Shown here: positions 1 to 9,660 of the stretch, piece after piece
Position numbering within the stretch: position 1 is the first letter of the stretch
How the letters are laid out: each line of letters starts with the position of its first letter
Source: Spirochaetia bacterium
GTDB lineage: Bacteria > Spirochaetota > Spirochaetia > DSM-2461
NCBI GenBank assembly: GCA_963666985.2
Contig: CAXXIA010000001.1
Coordinates: 32,001 to 96,000 of the forward strand
Length of the DNA: 64,000 bases
Direction of reading: 5' to 3'
The notes under the pieces: model-generated
What the model was told of the DNA's origin: nothing
Databases searched by the model: none
Seen by the model: the letters and a program-made list of their open reading frames with translations, nothing else
Program-made: the position numbers and the translations under genes

Positions 1-2
1 GG

Positions 3-2750
3 CTGGAAGGAGCGGCGGCGAAAGGCGGCGAAGAAGCTTATTTTCTTCATCTGAGGGAACAATGCGAGCTGTATTCGGGAAACCCGTCTCCGGAGTATCG
101 GAAAAGGCTGTTCGAATTGATTTCCCGATACAAGAAACTCCGTCCTTCGGATGCGAGAGCCTTTGTTCTTGAGGGGGACTTGCTTCGTCATGAGGATCCG
201 GCGACGGCGAATATCGCATGGCGGAGCGCTTTGGTTTTGAACGAACGTCATGCGGACTCCTGGAACCGTTTGGGGATTCTTTATCGGGATTTATGGGAAC
301 GGGGAGATGATGAGTTCCGGGAAAATTGGCTCGAGAACTCCCGCGATGCGCTCACGAAAGCCGTATTCTTGAATCCTCTGGATTCTTACAACCGGATGCT
401 CTTGGGGATGGTGGAGCGGGAATCGGGCCGTTCGGTGAATGCGGTCGCCGTTCTTCGGGGAAGTTTGGCTCTGAACGATACCGATGAGACGGCACGCAGG
501 TGGCTGGCGATGAGCTGGCTGGATTTGTGTTATTCGGAAGATTTGGATGCATCGGCAAGAAGGGCGGCGGCCGAACGGGCCGCCGAGGAATGGAAACGTC
601 TGCTTAAAGACGAAGCTTCAACTTTTGACGTTTTGGGTTATGCGCGTTCTTTAGTGCTTTCGCGTGATGGAATCGAGGAATTGAAGGATCTTCTGAACGA
701 AATAGAAGACAATCTCGATCAATACAATCCGGCCGATCTTGTGATTTTGGCCGAGGACTGCATCGGCATGGAAGAAAGGGATCTCGGTTCTTATCTTCTG
801 GATCTTATTGAAGCGGTCTTGCCGCAGGAGCCGCGCATTCATGCTCTCAGAGGTGCCTTGGCGGAAGAAGAAGATCCGGCCGAATCGGTCCGCAGGTATT
901 TGACGGCCGCGAGCTCGGTTGATTCGGAGAATGAATTCTTTTGTGATTGGCTTTTGGGAGCGGCCTCGGCCGCACGAGCCGCGGCGGGAGCTGCGGATGC
1001 CGAGGCGATTCTGCGCGACGGTTTGAAGAGGAAAAAAGCCGACAGGACTCTTTTAAGGGCTTTGGCGTCGCTTCTGCTGGAAACCGGGCGCGCCCGCGAT
1101 GCCTTTGAAGAGTACCGGAAAGCGGTTGAGAGAACTCCGGAAGATTCGGATCTTTTGGAGGACGCCGTTTGGTTCGGCCGGGAGGCGGATTTGCCCGGGG
1201 ATGCCGAGACTCTGCTGCGGAAAATTCTGAAACTGCGCCCGGAAGATTCCCGTCTTTGGAATCAGCTTGGAATCCATCTGATGGAAAGCGGCTGGGATGA
1301 ATCGGCCGATTCGATGCGAAAGGAGATTCTTGAGGACGCCGTCGAAGCGTATGGAAAGGCCGTGGCTCTGTTTCCTGAAAATAAAGTGTACCTCGGTAAT
1401 CTCGGCGACGCATTAAGGCAGGCCGGCCGATGGATGGAATCGGCCGAACTGCTGCACCGAGCGGTGGCGGACACGGATGATGACGGGCCGGGTGCGTTCG
1501 CCGTGAATGCTTTGGCACGTTTGGAGGATGAAACTTCTTATGCGTTCGAAGGCAGTGATGAAGCGGCGGAGGATTGGATTTCCGCGGGGAACCATTATAG
1601 AAGAGCCGTAGAGCTCGATGGAGAAAATGTCGATTTCATCAAGGATTACGCATGGTGGCTGTACCGGGAGCGCCGTGTTGAAGATGCTCTTGATGTGTAT
1701 ATGCGTGCCGAAGAAATGGATCCTTCGGACGAAAGCATCCCCTACGGTATTTTTTCCTGCCGCCGCGATTTGGGCGATGAGGTTCGTGCCGCGAACGATT
1801 TGGATCGGGCCTTGGCCATAAGACCTGACGATCCTTTTTTTCTTGCGGACAAGGCTGATTTAACGGCGTCTTTGGGAGATTTCGAAAAAGCCGATGCGCT
1901 TTTCGATTCCATTATTGCGATTACGGAAAATGCTTCTTGGGCCTGGGAACGGCGGGCTCAGCTTCGGGAACGGTGCGCGGCGGAAGCCTCTGAAGCCGTT
2001 GTTCCTCCTCGTCTTTCTTCCGACTCGACCGGCGGTTTCGAATGGGATTTCGTTTCCCTTCCCGGACGAACCGCCGAAGGCGACCGGCGTCGTCGTGCCG
2101 CTTTGGAGGCATGGGGGCGGGTTTATTCGGCAAATCCGGATAATTCAAGAGTTGAAGGGCGTCTCGGCGCGGTTCTGATGGATTTGGGGAGGACTGAAGA
2201 AGCGCGAAAGCTGCTGGAAGCCTCCCTGGCACGGGGCGTTCATCCCTGGGATGCCGAATCGTTAAATCGTTTGGGACGGCTGGATATGTCCGACGCCTTG
2301 GCAACGGATGATGGAAGCAAATGGAGTTCCTCCGGGGAGCGGTTTGCCGCCGCCGTGCTTTCCGATCCTCTTACGGCTTCTTATTATGCGGATGCCGGGT
2401 ACAGGTATTGGCTGAAGAGGGAATTCGATGCGGCGGCGGATTCTTTTCTTAAAGCCCATGAACGTGAGTCTCAAATTCCCGAATACGCCGCGAACGCGGG
2501 TATCTGCGCCTCGGCGGCCGGACGTTACGAAGAGGCGGAAGTATTGCTTCGCCGGGCCTTGGCCCTCGGAGGGGAAAACGGTGAATGGGAGAATTCCCTC
2601 GGTTTGGTTCTTATGGCTTTGGGGGAAACGATCGGCGCGATAGAAGTGTTTCGAACAGCCTGTTTGAGCAATCCTGAAAACGATGTTTTCACCGCGAATC
2701 TTACAATGGCTCAGAGTTCTCTTTATATTCCTCATGGGCCTCTTCAGTAA
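3..2750 (+). CDS. Large tetratricopeptide-repeat protein, 5'-truncated by the window edge
   Basis: Many TPR-like helical repeats (e.g. ADSWNRLGILY, SRLWNQLGIHL, YLGNLGDAL, WENSLGLVL). The frame is open from position 3, so the TTG at 117 is not the true start. Confidence 0.8.
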   Translation: MEGAAAKGGEEAYFLHLREQCELYSGNPSPEYRKRLFELISRYKKLRPSDARAFVLEGDLLRHEDPATANIAWRSALVLNERHADSWNRLGILYRDLWERGDDEFRENWLENSRDALTKAVFLNPLDSYNRMLLGMVERESGRSVNAVAVLRGSLALNDTDETARRWLAMSWLDLCYSEDLDASARRAAAERAAEEWKRLLKDEASTFDVLGYARSLVLSRDGIEELKDLLNEIEDNLDQYNPADLVILAEDCIGMEERDLGSYLLDLIEAVLPQEPRIHALRGALAEEEDPAESVRRYLTAASSVDSENEFFCDWLLGAASAARAAAGAADAEAILRDGLKRKKADRTLLRALASLLLETGRARDAFEEYRKAVERTPEDSDLLEDAVWFGREADLPGDAETLLRKILKLRPEDSRLWNQLGIHLMESGWDESADSMRKEILEDAVEAYGKAVALFPENKVYLGNLGDALRQAGRWMESAELLHRAVADTDDDGPGAFAVNALARLEDETSYAFEGSDEAAEDWISAGNHYRRAVELDGENVDFIKDYAWWLYRERRVEDALDVYMRAEEMDPSDESIPYGIFSCRRDLGDEVRAANDLDRALAIRPDDPFFLADKADLTASLGDFEKADALFDSIIAITENASWAWERRAQLRERCAAEASEAVVPPRLSSDSTGGFEWDFVSLPGRTAEGDRRRRAALEAWGRVYSANPDNSRVEGRLGAVLMDLGRTEEARKLLEASLARGVHPWDAESLNRLGRLDMSDALATDDGSKWSSSGERFAAAVLSDPLTASYYADAGYRYWLKREFDAAADSFLKAHERESQIPEYAANAGICASAAGRYEEAEVLLRRALALGGENGEWENSLGLVLMALGETIGAIEVFRTACLSNPENDVFTANLTMAQSSLYIPHGPLQ

Positions 2751-2753
2751 TTT

Positions 2754-3677
2754 TTAGAACTTCCGACTCCGATCTTTTTTCTTTTGGCTCAAGAGAACAC
2801 CTAAGAGAACAACGGCGCTTCCGGTGATTTGAATCGGTGTAAGCCGTTCGTCCAGGAGCAGCCAGGCTCCGCAGGCGCTGACTACGGGAACCAAGTTGAT
2901 GAAAGATGAAGCCCTTGCGGCCGGGATGCGTCCCATGCTCCAGTTGTAGAGCCCGAAAGCGATGAGGGACGAAGCTGTTCCAAGGTAGAGGATGGGAAGA
3001 ATCGGCAGAGCGGAGAGTTCCATCCCGGATCGGATAATGCCGAACAGACCCGGGAGGAAGAAGAGTGCTCCCGCGGCCGTTTGAAGCGCCGTGAGCACCC
3101 ATGTACTGTATCGCCGGCATAATCCCCGTACGGCCACAAGATTTCCCGCGGCACAGATCATGGCAAGAAACTCCAGGGTATTTCCCAGAAACGGCCGGGA
3201 TGCCTTGCCGCCGGGATTCCCGCCGAACGTGATAATGGCGATTCCCGCGACGGCCAGAACCATGCCGAGGACCAGACGCTTGCCGAAAGGTTCCTTCAGA
3301 ACGGCCCATGCGCCCAATGCCGTTAAAATGGGTACCGTCGCCGATACCATTCCCGCCTGTGATGCCGTTGTAAATCGCAGGGCGTTGGATTCAAATAGAA
3401 AATAGATACAAGGCTGAAGCAAAACTGTCGGAAGCAGCAGTTTCCAATCGTTCTTTTTGTATGAGGATTGGAAGCTGAGGATGAATTTGGGCGTCAGAGG
3501 AAGAATGATGATGAAGGCGGTGAGTGATCTGAGGGACATCAGCCCGAAAGCACCGATTTCGGCAATCCCGCTTCTCATCGCCGCGAATGAGCCTCCCCAG
3601 AGGATAACCGCGGTAATGATGGCGGTATAGGGCAAAAGGGAAGATGAAGAGTTGGAAGTCGGTGCCTGTTTGTTCAT
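2754..3677 (-). CDS. DMT/EamA family transporter
   Basis: Ten hydrophobic segments, ILWGGSF, two EamA-like halves, 'ASSFINLVPV'. Start placed at ATG 3677. Confidence 0.85.
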   Translation of the reverse strand: MNKQAPTSNSSSSLLPYTAIITAVILWGGSFAAMRSGIAEIGAFGLMSLRSLTAFIIILPLTPKFILSFQSSYKKNDWKLLLPTVLLQPCIYFLFESNALRFTTASQAGMVSATVPILTALGAWAVLKEPFGKRLVLGMVLAVAGIAIITFGGNPGGKASRPFLGNTLEFLAMICAAGNLVAVRGLCRRYSTWVLTALQTAAGALFFLPGLFGIIRSGMELSALPILPILYLGTASSLIAFGLYNWSMGRIPAARASSFINLVPVVSACGAWLLLDERLTPIQITGSAVVLLGVLLSQKKKDRSRKF

Positions 3678-3770
3678 ATGGATTCGATTATGGCCTGAAA
3701 GCCTTGAGTCGGCCATCCCCGTATTCCGGAGAAGATTCCATGTTTATTATTCGAAGAAGCCAAAAGGGAT

Positions 3771-3818
3771 TTGACAATACAGGTTTTCTATAAGAAACTG
3801 AGTTTCTTATAGAAAACC
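3771..3818 (+). promoter_or_regulatory. TTGACA -35 element plus perfect 18-bp inverted repeat (putative IclR operator pair)
   Basis: TTGACA 3771-3776; ggttttctataagaaact (3782-3799)-g-agtttcttatagaaaacc (3801-3818). Confidence 0.75.
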
Positions 3819-3851
3819 GTCCTGTACGGTTTTCTTCCGATGGAGTTTTTT

Positions 3852-4619
3852 ATGCCCTCATATATCATCCCCGCTTTGGTTCAGAGTTTTTCCGTTATTC
3901 AATGCATCTCCGAAAATTCGGACGGGATTACTTTTTCCGACATCGTAGCGGAAACCGAAGTGCCGAAGTCCACGGTTTTCAGAATCCTTCATACTTTCGA
4001 GAATAATTCGTGGGTTGAAAAACGGGGGGATCGCTACCATCTCGGGTATATGTTTATCCACTACGGGCTTACAACGCTTTCGGGCCGTAGAATCGTCGAT
4101 ATAGCCGTACCGGTGTTGGATACTTTGGTGGAAAAGGTAGGGGAAACCGCGCATTTAGCCGTTTTGTCCGGTAAAAATTCCATGATTCTCGAAGTCCGTG
4201 AATCGAACAAACACATCAAATTAACCTCTTCGGCCGGCCAATTGCTCCCCTTATACTGCACTTCTCACGGAAAAATCTTTCTCGCGTACATCATTGGAAA
4301 CGATCTGGAAGGATTCTATTTCGGTGAAACCCTCGAAAAGCGTACTGAGCATACAATTACGGATTTATCGTCACTCAGAACCGAACTCCGGAAGATCAGG
4401 GTTCAAGGGTATTCGGTGGACAATCAGGAATATCACGAGAACGTCCGATGCTGCGCGGCTCCGATTTTCGACCGCAGCGGCGGCTGTATCGGGGCCATAG
4501 GAGTAACGGGAACAACGATGACGTGTACGAGTGAACGGATGGAGGAGATTTCCGTTTTGGTAAAGGATGCCGCCGCGGGAATCTCCAAACAGATGGGTTT
4601 AATAAAAAATCAACATTGA
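3852..4619 (+). CDS. IclR family transcriptional regulator
   Basis: N-terminal HTH (VPKSTVFRILHTF), 'GETAHL', 'PLYCTSHGK', 'CCAAPIFD'. GGAG at 3842-3845 favours ATG 3852. Confidence 0.92.
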   Translation: MPSYIIPALVQSFSVIQCISENSDGITFSDIVAETEVPKSTVFRILHTFENNSWVEKRGDRYHLGYMFIHYGLTTLSGRRIVDIAVPVLDTLVEKVGETAHLAVLSGKNSMILEVRESNKHIKLTSSAGQLLPLYCTSHGKIFLAYIIGNDLEGFYFGETLEKRTEHTITDLSSLRTELRKIRVQGYSVDNQEYHENVRCCAAPIFDRSGGCIGAIGVTGTTMTCTSERMEEISVLVKDAAAGISKQMGLIKNQH

Positions 4620-4685
4620 CATCCTGTTTCTATGGAATTACGATGGTGTATCCCACATATGAAACATGGTTTTATATATGAAACC
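4616..4685 (+). promoter_or_regulatory. Sigma70 promoter of the TRAP operon with tandem IclR-like boxes
   Basis: TTGACA 4616-4621, 17 bp, TACGAT 4639-4644. Box ggttttatatatgaaacc (4668-4685) matches the 3782 box at 15/18; a weaker box lies at 4649-4666. Confidence 0.75.
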
Positions 4686-4699
4686 AAAAGGAGCGTTTT

Positions 4700-5719
4700 A
4701 TGAAAAAATCGGTACTCGGGCTGTTCGTTCTTTTTGCCTTGGCCGGGTTCGCTTTCGCCGGCGGCAGCGAAGATGCGGCATCCTCATCCGAGGCTCAAAG
4801 TTATGTTTTTAAGTATGCTCATACCCAATCACCGGAGCATCCTCGAAGCAAATCAATGGAATTCTTCAAAGAACAGCTGGAGAAGGCCTCCGGCGGCCGA
4901 ATCCAAGTGGAACTCTACTTCGGCGGTGTTTTGGGAAAGGAAGCCGAAGTCCTCGATATGGTCAAACTCGGTAATGTTCAGGGATGCCGGGGCGGTCTGT
5001 TTGAACGCGCCAACAAAAAGTTTCTCATCTACACGCTTCCCTTTATTTTTGAGAATACCGATCAGGTCCTGAGAGTCATGGACAGTGAGTTCGGCGATAA
5101 AGTGAATGCCGGAGCACGGGAAAACGGTCTTTACATTCCCGCGACCGGGGTTGCCGGCGGCTTCCGCAATATCACCAACAACGTTCGTCCCGTTGTTACG
5201 GTTGCCGACATTAAAGGTCTTAAGATGCGCACTCCGCCTATCGACATGACCATCAAGACCTTTGCCGCTCTCGGCGCCAATCCTCAGCAGGTTGCTTATA
5301 CCGAAACCTACATGGCGTTGAAAAACGGCGTTGTGGACGGCCAGGAGAATCCTTTTTCCAACACCGTCGATATGAAGTTCTATGAAGCGCAGAAATATCT
5401 TTCGGTTGTGAATTGGCAGGTTCATCCGGATCCGCTGTATGTATCGCCCGATTGGTACGACGCACTCCCCGAAGATTTAAAGAATATTTTCGACTCGGTA
5501 GCCGATGCTACGATGAAGTATTCCAATCAGATCTGGCTCGGTTCGGAAAAAGATTACTTCTACGTTCTTAAGGATCACCTGGCGGTCAACGAATTGACTT
5601 CCGCGGCCCGCGCCGGATTCGTCGAAGCGGTCAAGCCCGTTTGGCAGGGCTATGTCGATGATGACTATTTCACCTGGGATGAAATCAACGAAGTGATCGC
5701 CATCGCCTCCGGAAAATAA
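4700..5719 (+). CDS. dctP: TRAP transporter substrate-binding protein (DctP family)
   Basis: Signal peptide; GFRNITNN, DIKGLKMRT, ALKNGVVDGQENP. Confidence 0.93.
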   Translation: MKKSVLGLFVLFALAGFAFAGGSEDAASSSEAQSYVFKYAHTQSPEHPRSKSMEFFKEQLEKASGGRIQVELYFGGVLGKEAEVLDMVKLGNVQGCRGGLFERANKKFLIYTLPFIFENTDQVLRVMDSEFGDKVNAGARENGLYIPATGVAGGFRNITNNVRPVVTVADIKGLKMRTPPIDMTIKTFAALGANPQQVAYTETYMALKNGVVDGQENPFSNTVDMKFYEAQKYLSVVNWQVHPDPLYVSPDWYDALPEDLKNIFDSVADATMKYSNQIWLGSEKDYFYVLKDHLAVNELTSAARAGFVEAVKPVWQGYVDDDYFTWDEINEVIAIASGK

Positions 5720-5735
5720 CCTGATTTTTTAATCT

Positions 5736-5766
5736 TCTTCGGCCGGGAGCAAAAATCCCGGCCGAA
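5736..5766 (+). other. Intergenic stem-loop after dctP (mRNA stabiliser or partial terminator)
   Basis: cttcggccggga...tcccggccgaag inverted repeat. Confidence 0.55.
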
Positions 5767-5796
5767 GCCGGCACTCTCAAGGAAGCGGTTCAGCTC

Positions 5797-6282
5797 ATGC
5801 AAAGTCCGAAAAAAATTCTTACCCGTATTCTGCATACAATCGTCACGGTGTTTTTCGGCGGGATTATCCTGCTCACCATTCTGCTTGTGATACTGCGGTA
5901 TCTCTTCAATTCGTCCATCATCGGCGGCAACGAGCTTATGGAGTACCTGTTCATCTATACCACGGCTTTAGGGGCCGCTGTCGCCATAGGGGAGCGGGAA
6001 CATATTTCCATATCTTATTTTCTGAACAAGATGCCCGAACCGCTCAGGACGATTGTCGATATTCTGGGATTGCTTCTTGTCGCGGCAATCAACATTCTGA
6101 TCGCCGTACTCAGCCGTCATTGGATATCAAAGGTGGGAACGGCCGAATCGCCGGTAATGCGTATCCCGATGTGGAGTGTTCAAATCAGTGTTCCGACCGG
6201 ATGTCTGCTTGCCGGTCTCTATTGTTTCTTCGTTATCATCGAGGAAATCCGAAACTATCGCGACGGAGGATCCGCCCGATGA
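5797..6282 (+). CDS. dctQ: TRAP transporter small permease (DctQ)
   Basis: Four TM segments, 'VILRYLFN', 'EHISI'; lies between dctP and dctM. Confidence 0.9.
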   Translation: MQSPKKILTRILHTIVTVFFGGIILLTILLVILRYLFNSSIIGGNELMEYLFIYTTALGAAVAIGEREHISISYFLNKMPEPLRTIVDILGLLLVAAINILIAVLSRHWISKVGTAESPVMRIPMWSVQISVPTGCLLAGLYCFFVIIEEIRNYRDGGSAR

Positions 6283-7556
6283 CTATCCTGCTCTTAAGTC
6301 TGATTCTGCTTGTTATGATCGGTGTTCCCATCGCTTATTCTCTGGGTATTTCCGGATTTCTTTATTTCGCGCTTATACATCCGGAATTAATTTCCATTTT
6401 GCCGCAGAGATTGTTTTCGGGAATGGAATCCTATTCCATGATTGCTTTGCCCCTGTTTATCCTGATGGGGCTCCTTATGAATGCCGGAGGGATAACGGCG
6501 AGGCTGATTGATTTTTCATTGCTTTTCGTCGGCAGGTTTCGCGGCGGACTTGGACTGGTTAATGTTCTTGCCAGCATGATTTTCGGGGGGATTTCCGGAT
6601 CGTCGGTCGCGGATACCGCTTCGGTGGGTGCCGTCCTTATCCCCGAGATGAAGAGAAAAGGATATACGGTCGAGTATGCCAGCGGTATTACCGTCGCTTC
6701 CTCGACGATGGGGATGATTATTCCGCCCAGTGTGCCTGTTGTTATCTATGCCTTGGCCGCCGAGGAATCTGTGGGACGACTCTTTTTGGGAAGCGCCATT
6801 CCCGGCCTTCTCATTGGGGTGGTTATGCTGTCGATTACACTCGTGATTTCTTATGCAAAAAAGCATCCGAGGGAAGAGATAAAGCTGAGTCGGCGTGAAA
6901 CGATGATTTGTATCCGCAGGGCCTTTTTGGCCGTCATCATGCCGATTTTTGTTATCGGTTCGGTGGTGCTGGGCATCGCCACGGCCACCGAATCCGCCGG
7001 TATCGGCGTTTTTTACGCGCTGATCCTCGGCCTTGTGGTTTTCAGATCGATGAAGCTGCGCGACGTTCCGCCTTTAATGAAGAACGCCATCATGACCAGC
7101 GCGCAGGTGATGATTATTATCGCGTTATCGAAGCTCTACATTTGGATACTGGCGATTGAGCGTGTACCCGAGGCCGTTGCCTCCGGTGTTCTGGCTTTAA
7201 GTCTGCCGCCTTTCCTCGTTTTACTTCTCGTGGATGTGATCATTCTGATCGCGGGAACCTTTATTGATGTGAGTCCCGCCATATTGCTGCTGACTCCCGT
7301 GTTTCTGCCTTTGGTGAACGCTCTTGGAGTTGACGGCGTACAGTTCGGAGTCATTCTTATTTCCGGCTTGGCTGTCGGTCTTGTTACGCCGCCGGTCGGT
7401 ATGTGCCTGAATGTCGCTTCGGCGATATCCAGATTGGAAATCGGTACCATATTTAAAGCCGCGCTTCCCTTCCTTGCGGCGAATCTGATTGTTCTCTTGG
7501 CTATTACGTATATTCCTTCCCTTACCCTCTGGCTTCCTGGCGTCTTAATGAAATAG
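6279..7556 (+). CDS. dctM: TRAP transporter large permease (DctM)
   Basis: GGISGSSVAD, IIPPS, GLVTPPVG motifs; ATGA overlap with the dctQ stop. Confidence 0.93.
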   Translation: MTILLLSLILLVMIGVPIAYSLGISGFLYFALIHPELISILPQRLFSGMESYSMIALPLFILMGLLMNAGGITARLIDFSLLFVGRFRGGLGLVNVLASMIFGGISGSSVADTASVGAVLIPEMKRKGYTVEYASGITVASSTMGMIIPPSVPVVIYALAAEESVGRLFLGSAIPGLLIGVVMLSITLVISYAKKHPREEIKLSRRETMICIRRAFLAVIMPIFVIGSVVLGIATATESAGIGVFYALILGLVVFRSMKLRDVPPLMKNAIMTSAQVMIIIALSKLYIWILAIERVPEAVASGVLALSLPPFLVLLLVDVIILIAGTFIDVSPAILLLTPVFLPLVNALGVDGVQFGVILISGLAVGLVTPPVGMCLNVASAISRLEIGTIFKAALPFLAANLIVLLAITYIPSLTLWLPGVLMK

Positions 7557-7566
7557 AATCTGCCGG

Positions 7567-8448
7567 ATGACTCAAACGTTTCAGAACCGGCCGCGTCTGA
7601 TGGTTTTTATCGTTGCCCTTCTTTTCAGTACGGCGGCCCCCGTTACGAAATTCGTCACCATGCCGGCCATAAGTGTTTCATTCTACAGGAGTCTCGTAGG
7701 CATTCCGTCCCTTCTGCTTTTAACTCTTCCCCGGTACGGACGTTCCCTTTTTCGCTTTTCTCCGCCGGACCTTTTTCAGGGGATTTTTTATGCGATGACC
7801 TCCCTGAGCTTTTTTTTGGCCCTGGGACGTACGAGTGCCGCCAACGCGACGATTTTATTTCAAACGACTCCGGTTTTCCTGATTCCCATGGGGTATCTGT
7901 TTCTGAAAGAAAAGACCGACATTTGGGATCTTGTAACCATCATTTTAATGATGATCGGCATCATTTTATGTTTCCAGGGTGATGTGGATACGCACGGGCA
8001 TTCCGGGGATCTTATCGCTCTGGGAGGTGCCGTTTCTTTCGCGTTTATGAATATCTTGATGAGAAAAACCGATTTTGTCGGCAGCATCAGGGGATTGCTG
8101 ATTGGAAACATTCTCATCGTTCTCATCGCCCTGCCGATGCAATTCGGAACGGCTCCCGTTCCTCGGGACCTTATCTTGGCGGGCTCCCTGGGCTTTATCC
8201 ATATGGCGCTGCCTTTTGTGATCTACAGCAGAGCCATATTGAGTTTACGGGCTTTGGAGGCTTCCATTTATAAGAATCTTGAAACCGTTACCGCGCCTTT
8301 GTGGGTGGCGCTTGTCGTTGGAGAAGTTCCGGGACTTTGGACGATTGCGGGATTCTTGTGCGTATTCTGCGCCCTGATCTTAAGAGCGCGGATGCATTCG
8401 TCCGTAGGGCTAAAAGCAAGGCTGAAAAGCAGCGCCGGTCAGAAATAG
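7567..8448 (+). CDS. DMT/EamA family transporter
   Basis: Ten TM segments, 'TSAANA', 'FLKEK', 'GEVP'. Confidence 0.85.
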   Translation: MTQTFQNRPRLMVFIVALLFSTAAPVTKFVTMPAISVSFYRSLVGIPSLLLLTLPRYGRSLFRFSPPDLFQGIFYAMTSLSFFLALGRTSAANATILFQTTPVFLIPMGYLFLKEKTDIWDLVTIILMMIGIILCFQGDVDTHGHSGDLIALGGAVSFAFMNILMRKTDFVGSIRGLLIGNILIVLIALPMQFGTAPVPRDLILAGSLGFIHMALPFVIYSRAILSLRALEASIYKNLETVTAPLWVALVVGEVPGLWTIAGFLCVFCALILRARMHSSVGLKARLKSSAGQK

Positions 8449-9344
8449 AGCTTCAGCACGATATCCTGGTCGAAGTTGCCGAAACCGCGTCCGAAAATAT
8501 TAATGCCTCCGACATGCTCCGCATCTTCACGAACACCGATTGAAACACGAATGGAGTGATGGCTTTCCAATCTCAGATCGGTAAGTGAAATGTCGGACGT
8601 CTTTTTTCCGTTGATGAACGAACCTTCCGAAGTAACCGACCAAGTGGTTAAAAGTCCGTATTGCGAACCTTTGAGCTTCCACCAGTCCGGTGTGTATTTA
8701 CCGCGTTTGTCGCCGAAATCCCCCGGTGACGTCCAGGTACCGATTTCATCATCATTAATCGTCATAGTAATGTCCGAGGGCCATTTCGGATCGGTCCCAG
8801 GAGTCTCCGAAGAGAGCTCCAGGGAAATCTCCAGCCGTTTGAGAGGTCTCTCGACATTCAGAGAGTTGTTCGGGAATTGGTATTTAACCGAACCTTTTTC
8901 AAACCACAGAAGGCCCGCTTTCACGCGGTCCGGCTCCAGAAAAGATTCGGGAGCGTCCAGAAATCCGATGATTTTTCGGGGACTGCAGAGACCGCAGGGG
9001 GGAGAGATGGAGCAGTTGATGTAAAGGCCGATGGGCATTTCCACGGTAATCACATCATCGCTTCGTATCGGATCGTCATGGAAGCGGACGATAAACTCGG
9101 TGAACGGCGCCCGGCAGATTTTCTGCATGCCTTTTGTGGCCTTCTGAACTTCCGTTTCGATCAATCCGCATTTTTCCAGAGTCAGAACGTTGGTGGCCAC
9201 CGTCGATTGGGGAAGTCCCAGTTTCTGGGCTATGTCGTTAATATTGAGAGGGCCGTCCTGCAGTGAATTGAGGATATTGATTCGTATTTCCGATGCCAGA
9301 CCTTTGAGAATATGGACATCCTGCTTGGGATTCAGAATCAGCAT
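8439..9344 (-). CDS. ArsR-like HTH transcriptional regulator with C-terminal domain, divergent from the arabinan operon
   Basis: N-terminal 'KGLASEIRINIL...LGLPQSTV' HTH; C-terminal 'PPCGL', 'WTSPGDFGDKRG', 'QYGLL'. Start is 9344 or 9365. Confidence 0.8.
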   Translation of the reverse strand: MLILNPKQDVHILKGLASEIRINILNSLQDGPLNINDIAQKLGLPQSTVATNVLTLEKCGLIETEVQKATKGMQKICRAPFTEFIVRFHDDPIRSDDVITVEMPIGLYINCSISPPCGLCSPRKIIGFLDAPESFLEPDRVKAGLLWFEKGSVKYQFPNNSLNVERPLKRLEISLELSSETPGTDPKWPSDITMTINDDEIGTWTSPGDFGDKRGKYTPDWWKLKGSQYGLLTTWSVTSEGSFINGKKTSDISLTDLRLESHHSIRVSIGVREDAEHVGGINIFGRGFGNFDQDIVLKLYF

Positions 9345-9379
9345 GTTGTTGTTATAGTATTCCATAAGTAATGAAACAA

Positions 9380-9407
9380 ATTGTATCATGATTTGTGATA
9401 TAATCAA
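9380..9407 (-). promoter_or_regulatory. Promoter of the regulator with an embedded operator-like motif
   Basis: Minus strand TTGATT-16bp-TACAAT; spacer holds tgtatcatgatttgtgata (9382-9400). Confidence 0.55.
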
Positions 9408-9581
9408 GAGGGGAGGGGCCGCAATCGTCTTCATTCCTCTTTCTTCAGCGGACCTTAATGCCGGGAAACCTTGTAACTATTTCTATTTAAAGAATATAAG
9501 ATAAAAATCCGGAATCTCAGTTTGATTTGGAATAAGGATTGTTGCGGTTCCATAGTCGGTGATAATGGCTGTATTCTTTTC

Positions 9582-9642
9582 TTGACATCAGGGAATTGGG
9601 AAAGTATGATGAAATACAATATGAATCACATAACGTGATACA
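9582..9642 (+). promoter_or_regulatory. Sigma70 promoter of the ara operon with a downstream operator-like motif
   Basis: TTGACA 9582-9587, 17 bp, TATGAT 9605-9610. aatcacataacgtgataca (9624-9642) is the inverse of the 9382 motif. Confidence 0.7.
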
Positions 9643-9660
9643 AATAGAGGAGGCATAATT

